Of a stretch of 48,624 nt of DNA, positions 34,801 through 46,095 are shown one piece after another. Each line of letters begins with the position of its first letter. The first letter of the stretch is position 1. Origin of the DNA: Thraustochytrium aureum (taxonomy: Eukaryota). The DNA lies in the NCBI GenBank assembly GCA_012862495.1, contig BLSG01000228.1, positions 12,696 to 61,319 of the forward strand. Direction: 5' to 3'. Made by a program: the position numbers and the translations under genes. A model generated the notes under the pieces. That model was given only the letters and a program-made list of their open reading frames with translations, did no database searches and was not told the DNA's origin.

Positions 34801-35432
34801 TTGAGGACGAAGGGGCGCGTCGACTGGCTGAGGAGTGGGATGGCTTGGATCCACAGCCCGCAAACAAACTGGATGGTGGTGCTCTCTGTAGCCGCCAAGT
34901 CGAGGCCGCTCCTCGGACTCGCTGTCGGTGACGATGCCCCTTGCAAGTCGCTCAGGACTTTGGCCTGCGTCCGGGTAAGAAGGAACGCCCCGGCCAAGAC
35001 GCTCGCAGCGTGGCCCTCTCGCTCTGCGGTTTTGGGTGCAGCGGCCCGAGCCTCGAGCGCCGCGAACAAGGAAACGACAGCGAACCCCCGACGGAGGCAC
35101 TCTGTCACGCTGCCGCGGCTGGAAGGGTCGGCGGGGTCTCCCGCAAGCTCGCCCGAGTCGAGTAGCGCCTGTATTTTAAGCGCTGTGCGAATGTAGCACA
35201 TCTGCACGGTTTCAGGGTCCGCTTGGCCAGCCTCCAGGCACCGTACAGCTATGACACGAAGCTCAAGCAGCCCGGCAGAGCCCGGCTCGACGGCTCTGAC
35301 TGCGTTGTACAATCTCGCTCCACACGAGTGCAAAGTGTGCCGCGTCGCGGCGTCGACAAATCCGAGCGCGTCGACCTGGGCCAGCGTGGATCCCGATTCG
35401 CCCGGAATCGCGAGTCTCAGCGCTTGCTCCAT
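31834..35432 (-). CDS. probable meiosis protein ZIP4/SPO22/TEX11 homologue (large helical, TPR-like protein); the gap at 34547-34714 is probably spurious
   Basis: ORFs 34317-35432 and 31834-34749 join through the duplicated DALALLH at the gap flanks. Motifs in the ZIP4/TEX11 order: GARLYN, ELRVIA, CYIRTA near the N-terminus, then SILWE, ECAVWLRACAWSLA and the C-terminal ESARGYLSSWTWNVGV (compare TEX11 E..WL...SWNTGV). Family call is from remembered motifs. Confidence 0.6.
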
Positions 35433-36075
35433 CTCGGCGGCCCCAAGCCCCTACGGATTGCCAACAGTTGTCAGCAGCAGCAGCAGCAGCAGCAACTTGT
35501 GGCGCCATTCTCGCTTCGCCAAAAACGCACCTTTTTGAAGGCCAGGCACACTTGATCGCACAAGGCGACAAGCGCCGTGAGCTTGATTCCTCCGTCTTCC
35601 GTTCCTGGCGCGGTTGCTGCCTGCGCAGGCGCTGGAGGCCCTTGCGCCATCGTGCCCCCTTCCCCTCCCCTCCGCCTCTCGCTCACACTGCGCGCCGTGT
35701 GCGTATGGGTCTGCGCCTCTGCGGTCTCTTCTCTGCGCTCTCGCTCGTTCGGTGTCTGCTTTGTCCTCGCGGCCGCCTCGCACGTTCCCGACGTTCCCAC
35801 CGCGGGAACGCCCAACCTCGCGCCAAAGCTCGCCACGTTCCCGCATGCATCGCCCTCTCAACAGCAAGCCACCACGCGCTCCTCGTCCCGCGCGCTTCTC
35901 CTGCAAACNCACGTTCCCACGGCACGCTTCAGGTTCCACCTCGCACGTTCCCAGCCTGCGAACGCAGCGAATCCCGCTCTCACCCTAACCCCACCCTAAC
36001 CTGGTCAGTATCTGCAGCCTGGGCATCAAGCGCCCAGCAGACCCCGAACGCGCCGCGCGACTAGAGAGAGCTCAA

Positions 36076-36102
36076 GCAGGAGCAGCAGCAGCAGCAGCAG
36101 CA

Positions 36103-36138
<36 letters not shown>
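36076..36138 (+). repeat. (CAG)n microsatellite running into a gap; a shorter (CAG)7 lies at about 35472-35492
   Basis: About 20 CAG units with two GAG interruptions. Confidence 0.95.
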
Positions 36139-36680
36139 NNNNNNNNNNNNNNNNNNNNNNNNNNNNNNNNNNNNNNNNNNNNNNNNNNNNNNNNNNNNNN
36201 NNNNNNNNNNNNNNNNNNNNNNNNNNNNNNNNNNNNNNNNNNNNNNNNNNNNNNNNNNNNNNNNNNNNNNNNNNNNNNNNNNNNNNNNNNNNNNNNNNNN
36301 NNNNNNNNNNNNNNNNNNNNNNNNNNNNNNNNNNNNNNNNNNNNNNNNNNNNNNNNNNNNNNNNNNNNNNNNNNNNNNNNNNNNNNNNNNNNNNNNNNNN
36401 NNNNNNNNNNNNNNNNNNNNNNNNNNNNNNNNNNNNNNNNNNNNNNNNNNNNNNNNNNNNNNNNNNNNNNNNNNNNNNNNNNNNNNNNNNNNNNNNNNNN
36501 NNNNNNNNNNNNNNNNNNNNNNNNNNNNNNNNNNNNNNNNNNNNNTCGTTTGCCGGAAAACAGGCGCCAAGAGCACCAGAAGCGCAGCGAGGTGTTGCAT
36601 TGGTTGAGTACTCTACTGTACTCGGTACCGGTAGCTTGCGTACGACGTGCTGCAGCGGTGTCGGNGGTTTGAGGGAAAAA

Positions 36681-38040
<1,360 letters not shown>

Positions 38041-38557
38041 GTACCGTAGCGGGAAACCAAACAATCAAGTCATGTCCTTGTTCGTTTCGGGCTCGGTCGA
38101 CGTGCCCGGGGCGCCGATCGAGTGCAAGCGCGCGCGCGTTGGTTGTTCGGCCGTGTGCTGGAAAACAAAAGAAATCAAGAGCCTGCATGGACGAGTCGGG
38201 AAGTTGGTGGAAACGAGATGGGGGGAAAACAGCTTGGCTATAGACATTGTGTGGTCTCTGACTTGGCGCATGCCTGCAGACGGGCTACTCGTCTGACTGT
38301 GGCGCCTAATGCTCAATGCGCCGCTCTCGCTCGCGAAGCGAAAGCGGCTGTGCGGGCGCGCGCTCGAGGCGCGCGCACCGGCTCCGTGCTACAACTAAGA
38401 TCCGGTTCTACAAAGACTCTGGTGTGGGCGAGGGACCAAAGCGGCCAACCTCGGCAGGTGGCACGCCTGATCGAATCAAGACCACGTCGGGTCGGTCCAC
38501 CCGAAAAGAGTGGCGCCGTGGTCGACTCGTGATCGGTAGGTCGGTCTCTTTCGACGA

Positions 38558-39528
38558 TCAAGCAAAAGCGGGCCCGACCCGTGATGCAGAGCTGCGCTGG
38601 CGCGGGCTAATGCTACCGCCCGTGTTTGACAGTCCGAGTGCCGCGGCGTGAATCAGAGCGGAAGAGACAGGAGCGAACAAGGTGGGGTCGTCGCGCGAGC
38701 GCTTTGCAGACCCCTGTGCGGTGCCAAACATGGCTGCGAGGTGGTTGGGCCGGCTGATGATCGGGAAGGGTTCGCGCGGCGACACAATGTTCGTGTCGAG
38801 AGCAGCCTTCGCGGGCGAGACCGCAGACACTGCTGCTGCAACATCCTCCTCCTCGTCCGTGTCTTCGGCAGCGTTGTCCATGTCGCGCTTCTGCAAGAGC
38901 AGCTTCTTGACCACGGCGAAAGTGTACTGCATCGACTCGTGGAGGGAGCCGATGAGAACGTCGATCTGCTTGGCCGCGATGCATTCGTCGACGCGCTTGG
39001 TCATGCCTTGGAGGAGCTCAAAGACGAGCTTTGGGGACCGCAGGCGGGAGATCTCCTCGCGAATCACCGAACAGACGTGCACCATGGTGGCTGCCTCATT
39101 GACACTGTTGCTGAGGATTCCGCACATCTTGGCGAGCTCGGCAACGACGATCCAGTTGAGCGCGCGCATGGTGTAGAGCTGGTTCTCGAGTACGTCTTGG
39201 AGCGGAGAGTCGTCAAGCTTGTCGCTCTCGGCCATGGCCTTTTGAGCATCTCGAGCAGGACCTCCTCGTTGAGGTCGAGCGTTGCGCGAAAGATGACCTC
39301 GCGCTGCTCGACGGAAGTGCGCTTGACCAGCTCGATGCGCTTGGCCATCGGGGCGCTTAAGGGTGCTGCGGCAGGAGCGGCTGCTGTCTCAATCTTCTTG
39401 GTGGTGGCGGCGGATGCTGCGGCTGGCGTCGCGGGCGGCGGGTTGGCGGCGAGCAGGCACCCAAGAACGGCGGCAGCGTCTACTTCGGCGGCATTGTGCG
39501 ACGACTCGCGCGCGCGCTTGCCGGCCAT
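38558..39528 (-). CDS. hypothetical alpha-helical protein (about 320 aa); frameshift at T4 39240-39243
   Basis: MAGKRARESS...EEVLLEMLK (ORF 39064-39894) joins AMAESDKLDD... (ORF 38558-39235) if one A is removed. GC3-rich codons, amphipathic helices and an acidic patch. No family recognised. Confidence 0.7.
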
Positions 39529-42053
39529 CGCGGGCTGCTTCTCGGGTTGAGGTTGCTTGTGTTCTGGGTCTCGTCCTCGCTGTGCCGCGTTTTGTGACTG
39601 CTGCAGAGGAGCGGTCGCAGCCTGTGTTGCTAATGTCGTCGTTGTCGTTGTTGTTGTCGCTGTTGGCTTGCAAGCGGACGGAGGTTTCCGTTCTGGGCTT
39701 CCAGGCCACAAGGGGCACGTGCTGCTGGCGGTTGTTGGAAGGTACTGCTCGCGCTCTGTGCTCGTTACAGACCGCGGGCGGTATTGGGGTACTGTACGTT
39801 CCGAGCCGGAGGCGACGAGCCTCGCCGCTTTGTGATGCAATTCTGTCTGCGGAGTGGAACGAGCGATGCGCAACTGCTGAAATGAGTTAGCCAAGGCTTT
39901 GGAAGAGGGAGGAAAGTGGCCAGGGCCATTCCGATGAAACGCACGCCACGGCCGGACTATCTTTCAGAGTTGGTCGAGTATGCAGTCGTACGAACCGCAA
40001 TCGCCGCCCCGCACCGAAAAAAAAACCCAGGTGCAGCCAAGCCAGTTCGAGCTGATTCTCGCCGCTCCCACTCTGTTGTTCTTGCTGCGCTACTCTGATG
40101 CGAACAGGAGAGCCTCGCCGGTTTGGCGGATGTTTATTGGGCACTTGCCATCCGCCGCGCTCACAGCAGCAGTTCAGCAGCCCCAAATCAGCGCGCGCTT
40201 CCCTCTGCGCGCTCGTGTTGGTGGAATCACGCACGACCAGAGGTGAAATCGGCAGGAAATTGGACCCTGCCTTTCCTCCCACCCGAGCACCCACGGGAAG
40301 CAGGCCACCAATGCAGACAGACAGTCGAATCTCGCGTGCAAGCTAGCCTGCGTAGGTATGGACTCGGGAGCGTTTCCTTTTCCTGCGAGCCGCGGTCGTC
40401 GGCGGCGGTCCCGTTTACAGCTCGCAATCTGGCAGAGAATGGACAGAGGGAGGAAAGGGAGGAAAAGGACAAGCAAGCAAGCCTCTCGCAGCGCCTTCAG
40501 CCTGCGGGGAGGGAATCACGAGCACGAAATCAGAACGTCGAGGAAAGTGACGTCGGCGAGCGCCCCGTCCGGTCCAGCCTCGCAGGCCTGCGCCGCGCAG
40601 CGCCAACACCTGAATGAATGAATTCTGCTTGCGCCACTCGGGCTTTTTTCGTTGCTTTTTTTTTCGAGGCTTGGCGCAACGGCAGGTGAAATCGACCACG
40701 CCACAGGGCGCAAGTCAAGTAGCGGGAGGGAAGAAGCAGGGCGCAGCTCACAAAAGCGACAGCCTGGGAGCTTTGGCACGGTGCTGCTTGCTCTGCTCGG
40801 CCCTTGGCCACAGAGCAGATTCATTTGTGTCCAGGACTCGCCGTTGTGGTTCCGGACCTGCCCTTGCCCACGCGCGCCGCTTGCACACACTGCGCGGTGC
40901 GATTACTCCCCTATCTAACCTATTAACCGTGGCAGCTGCGCTGCTTGCCTCTGGCGGGCGTGGCTGGCNNNNNNNNNNNNNNNNNNNNNNNNNNNNNNNN
41001 NNNNNNNNNNNNNNNNNNNNNNNNNNNNNNNNNNNNNNNNNNNNNNNNNNNNNNNNNNNNNNNNNNNNNNNNNNNNNNNNNNNNNNNNNNNNNNNNNNNN
41101 NNNNNNNNNNNNNNNNNNNNNNNNNNNNNNNNNNNNNNNNNNNNNNNNNNNNNNNNNNNNNNNNNNNNNNNNNNNNNNNNNNNNNNNNNNNNNNNNNNNN
41201 NNNNNNNNNNNNNNNNNNNNNNNNNNNNNNNNNNNNNNNNNNNNNNNNNNNNNNNNNNNNNNNNNNNNNNNNNNNNNNNNNNNNNNNNNNNNNNNNNNNN
41301 NNNNNNNNNNNNNNNNNNNNNNNNNNNNNNNNNNNNNNNNNNNNNNNNNNNNNNNNNNNNNNNNNNNNNNNNNNNNNNNNNNNNNNNNNNNNNNNNNNNN
41401 NNNNNNNNNNNNNNNNNNNNNNNNNNNNNNNNNNNNNNNNNNNNNNNNNNNNNNNNNNNNNNNNNNNNNNNNNNNNNNNNNNNNNNNNNNNNNNCAGACA
41501 AGCGGTGGACGGACCTCTGACGCAGACAAGAGATGGGCTTGACGCCTCGAAACGAGCGGTGTTTCTCTCTTCCGTCGGCGGCCATCATGATTGCATTGCA
41601 GTGCGAGCCAGATGACGTCGCTGCGGCGATGGGAACTCGAGCTTCGCTTCATCCCGAAGCCTGGGTCAGTCACGAGCGAGGCCAGCCAGAGCTCTACGGA
41701 TGCTGCCGCGTGCGGGCTCGGTGGGAGGTTTGCGCCGTTCGGACTCGCGGCATCCCTTCCTCCTCATCAGAGGATTACGCGGTCCGGCGAGTCACGCGAG
41801 TCGAGACGAGCAAGGAGATTCCAACTTGACTTGATGCACGTGCGTGCAGTTTGATTGACACTGATGACTGTGACGTGAAATCAAAGTTCAACCAACCGGT
41901 GTTCAATCAACTTGACCAAATGACGGAGGTCATCCGCTTGATGTCACCCGAATCTTGAGGTTGTTGTCGTTTGACTGGAGCGCGTCGACCGTCCGAGTCC
42001 TGGGCGGACGGAAAGCGAACCGCCTTTATTGCGCCAGTGCAAAGAAAAGGGGA

Positions 42054-42283
42054 CGGCCCTTCAGCTCGCGTGCCTGGGTCATCCAAGACTTGTTTGCGAC
42101 GTGAGCCTTCGTCAACCGCGGCGCAAGGCATCCAAGCCAGCGACGACACCAGTTTCCACTCTACAAGAGCGGCCCTTCACCTCGCGTGCCTGGGACTCGG
42201 AAGACTTGACAGCGACGTGAGCCTTCGTCAACCGCGGCGCAAGGCATCCAAGCCAGCGACGAAACCAGTTTTCACGCCACAAG
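42054..42283 (+). repeat. 116-bp tandem duplication with an identical core of about 50 bp
   Basis: gcgacgtgagccttcgtcaaccgcggcgcaaggcatccaagccagcgacga at 42096 and 42212; unit flanks have diverged. Confidence 0.92.
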
Positions 42284-43035
42284 ATTCACAGCCTTCACCG
42301 GAACACGTACACCCGAATTGACTTGACCCGGATCCTGAAATTCAATTTTGCGCTCATTTAAAAAAGAGAAACGAGTGCTCCAGTGCCTCAAGAGTAGGGG
42401 TAGAATAGACCCTTGTCGCCCGCCGGGGAGCGCTGAAAGGTTCTAGCGTCCTTCAAGTAGCGCCGAGGCGCAGAGAAAAACTCGCTGAATGCCCCACCAA
42501 TGTGCCTCTGCACCTGCTTCACGTTGCGGTNNNNNNNNNNNNNNNNNNNNNNNNNNNNNNNNNNNNNNNNNNNNNNNNNNNNNNNNNNNNNNNNNNNNNN
42601 NNNNNNNNNNNNNNNNNNNNNNNNNNNNNNNNNNNNNNNNNNNNNNNNNNNNNNNNNNNNNNNNNNNNNNNNNNNNNNNNNNNNNNNNNNNNNNNNNNNN
42701 NNNNNNNNNNNNNNNNNNNNNNNNNNNNNNNNNNNNNNNNNNNNNNNNNNNNNNNNNNNNNNNNNNNNNNNNNNNNNNNNNNNNNNNNNNNNNNNNNNNN
42801 NNNNNNNNNNNNNNNNNNNNNNNNNNNNNNNNNNNNNNNNNNNNNNNNNNNNNNNNNNNNNNNNNNNNNNNNNNNNNNNNNNNNNNNNNNNNNNNNNNNN
42901 NNNNNNNNNNNNNNNNNNNNNNNNNNNNNNNNNNNNNNNNNNNNNNNNNNNNNNNNNNNNNNNNNNNNNNNNNNNGGGCGAGCGAGCAGAACAGCAGAGC
43001 GGCAGAGCAGCAGCGAGCAGCGCCGCGCGCTCGGA

Positions 43036-43145
43036 AGCAAGCTGCAAGCACAGCTGCTGCAAGCACAGCTTCTGCAAGCACAGCTGCTGCAAGCACAGCT
43101 GCTGCAAGCAAAGTTGCAAGCAGGTTGCAAGCAAGTTGCAGCAGG
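43036..43145 (+). repeat. 15-bp minisatellite CTGCAAGCACAGCTG x4-5, decaying into 11-12-bp variants
   Basis: Read directly from the sequence; 9-bp CTTCGGGT(C/G) repeats follow at about 43208-43240. Confidence 0.9.
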
Positions 43146-43751
43146 ACGTGAGCAGAGTTGCACTTGCCAATGATGGATGGAGGACAGGATCCAATCCGGC
43201 CACGTGTCCTTCGGGTCCTTCGGGTGCTTCGGGTGCTCCGGCTCCCCTGAAGAGCCGGCCGTGCCAGGTCTTGCCTCTGTAGGCTATTCTGAACTGAATT
43301 CTACTCGGATTTTGGAGGAGGCCTGCACGGAGATCCTTCAATCAAACGTTGTGGCAACAACCCGCGGAGCCTCCACAGAGCCTCTCGTATCCGCGGCCCT
43401 TGCGCGGCGGCGCGCTTCTGCTCGAGACGGTGCCAACCCATTGAAGCTCAGGGAGGCGCGGCTCGATTCTTCAGCCATGGAGCCTCCCCCTTCCTCTACC
43501 CACTCACTCGTTCACCCAAGTTGAGTAACCCACAACCCATTGTAAAAAGTAGATTCAAAACTGTGAAAAGAACAAACAAATGCGTTTACCTTTTTTCTCG
43601 CCCACCGCGTGGCCCTCGAGAGTACCCAGCCCACACCAGCGTCGTCCAGATTCAGGCTCTCGACCGCGAAAGAGCGTTCGCTCGGATCCATTACTACCTC
43701 CTCAGATGATCGCTTGCACGAGGGCCTCGATCACTCTTGCTTCTCGCTCCA

Positions 43752-43900
43752 AGTACGAAGGGGAGCTGAGCAATTCTCTGAGCAGCGCCGCGCGCCCTCC
43801 GCACGAAAGCGAGCAGTTCTCTGAGCAGCGCCGCGCGCCCTCAGTACGAAAGCGAGCAATTCTCTGAGCAGCGCCACACGCCCTCAGTACGAAGGGGAGC
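43752..43900 (+). repeat. 43-bp tandem repeat x3 bracketed by AGTACGAAGGGGAGC direct repeats
   Basis: gagca(a/g)ttctctgagcagcgcc(g/a)c(g/a)cgccctc..acgaa at 43768, 43811 and 43854; the 15-mer occurs at 43752 and 43886. Confidence 0.92.
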
Positions 43901-44295
43901 AACAGTTCGGCGTCTGAAGGACTCGATCTTCAGATCGCGCGGGCTCCTCCTCCTCCTCCTCCTCCGCCACCAGGTGCTGTTCATCGTGGATCCAGCTACA
44001 TGTCGCAAGGCCGCCGGCGAGAACTCGCTCGCCCTCGGCGCTGGTGGCAACGGGTGCCGCACCGGTGCAACGGGTGCGGTTCATCAGGGCGAGAGAGGCT
44101 GCTCCCAACCAGGCCGCCCAGCCGTCCTCTCCAGTCTCCAGAGGAGAGAGAGGGGCGTCGAATCCATCAACCCCAAGAGCCTGGCCCTCGGTCGCGCCTT
44201 GCTTCCGAGGACGGCACGGCTTGAGCTCTCTCTCGCCTTCCCTCCCTCCCTCGCTCCCTCCCTCCTCCTTCCATCCGCCTCCCTCTCGCCACTGC

Positions 44296-44333
44296 GCAGG
44301 CAGGCAGGCAGGCAGGCAGGCAGGCGGGCGGGC
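44296..44333 (+). repeat. (CAGG)n microsatellite; a (GGCT)n tract lies at about 44918-44950
   Basis: caggcaggcaggcaggcaggcaggcaggcgggcgggcg. Confidence 0.9.
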
Positions 44334-46095
44334 GAGTCGGAGGAGCAGCTGCGAGCAAGGATTGGCCCGCGTCCGCCTGTGCCTGCCGGTCATTCCGCCA
44401 ATCTCCAGCTCCAGCGCCTGCTGGCAGCTGCGCAGACCGTGTGCTTACCGGTTCTCTCTCCTTCAACGGAGCGGAGCTCAAGAGGGTGCAGTTGAAGGCC
44501 TCAGTCAGGCTCCCCTGGCGGCAGGAGAAGGAGCTAGCCGCGGAGCCCAAGCATTCATTCCCTTGCCTCTTGCTCTGCACCTGCACGTGGTACACCGGTG
44601 CCACTGTACAGCCTGCTGCCTCATCCAGCAGGGAAAGAAACAGGTGGAATGAATTCAATGACGACTTGCTCGCCGAGCTGCTCGCCACACCGATCGACGT
44701 CCGGCACACTGGCAGACCTGCAACCTGAAGATCACTTTCGGCGCATCGAGCGAGCGGCTTTGCGCTTTGCCTGACTCGAGTGAGCATCGAGGGACGGTGG
44801 CGGAGCGGCCTGCGCTGGCAGAGCGCGCGGCTCGGTGACGCCGCTTGAGCGCGAGGTTGTGCCGTTACTACTACCAACGCGCGAGGGTCGCGGAAGGCGC
44901 GGAACTGCGTTTGGAGGGGCTGGCTGGCTGGCTAGCTGGCTGGCTGGCTGCGTTTGAACCTGCGCAGTGCAGAGACTGCGGGGTGAGCAGCCGCACTGCC
45001 GTCCGGCCCGCCCATGATGACGGCGATGCAGGCCGCCCCTAGGAACCACCAAGCGCCGAATGCAAGCGCCAATTCTTGCATGGCTCGACGCACCAGAGAA
45101 GGACCAGGTCGCGTTCCCGCAGACGCCCGAAGCGGCCTCCTTTGTTAGCAGCCCGTCATCGGCAACGTCGCCGCGGACGCGCCACCGTCGCCGCGAGCGC
45201 ATGCTGACCGCGTTGGTGCTGCCAGTCTACAACCCCTGTTAGACCGCCCGAGGACGCTCGGGCCCCCTGTCGACTAGTTTGTTTGACCACCAGGAGGCTG
45301 GTTGTTCGCTCGCGCTTGACGCGCCGCTTGGGCCGCCTCAGCGAATGTAGATATGTGAAAGTGTTAGTGCCACTTTGAACGACAAGAAAATCTTAGCTTT
45401 AGAAGAGAGCTTGAGCAAGCAGCTTGTTGTTTTCCGCGAGATCATCCGAGACTGGGCGGCGAGCACGCACCAGGGCTCGCTCACCTGAACCGCAGCTGCG
45501 ACGCAGGGTCCCGCTCGCGTTCATCAAAAAAATCAAGCAAGCGATCTCCGTGGCTCGAGTCGGCCTTGCCGAGCTTTGCACGGAGGTTTGGTCTTTCGTG
45601 AGCCCACGGCCGCGGGAAGGCCAAGCAAGCATCCGCGGCCACGCAGGCACGCCGAGGTTCGCTCTANNNNNNNNNNNNNNNNNNNNNNNNNNNNNNNNNN
45701 NNNNNNNNNNNNNNNNNNNNNNNNNNNNNNNNNNNNNNNNNNNNNNNNNNNNNNNNNNNNNNNNNNNNNNNNNNNNNNNNNNNNNNNNNNNNNNNNNNNN
45801 NNNNNNNNNNNNNNNNNNNNNNNNNNNNNNNNNNNNNNNNNNNNNNNNNNNNNNNNNNNNNNNNNNNNNNNNNNNNNNNNNNNNNNNNNNNNNNNNNNNN
45901 NNNNNNNNNNNNNNNNNNNNNNNNNNNNNNNNNNNNNNNNNNNNNNNNNNNNNNNNNNNNNNNNNNNNNNNNNNNNNNNNNNNNNNNNNNNNNNNNNNNN
46001 NNNNNNNNNNNNNNNNNNNNNNNNNNNNNNNNNNNNNNNNNNNNNAGGCTTCGGCGGGATTGCCCAGCGCTCGCCGAACCCAGGGGCGTCCAATC

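Noticed and set aside
35983..36001. telomere-like CCCTAA motifs
   Set aside because: Only two separated copies at an internal position; not an array
43768..43900. CRISPR-like array
   Set aside because: The units are contiguous tandem copies with no unique spacers, the context is eukaryotic, and there are no cas genes
44560..44620. HLH(V) as an HUH/Helitron Rep motif
   Set aside because: Isolated tripeptide in a low-complexity ORF, with no other Rep or helicase motifs
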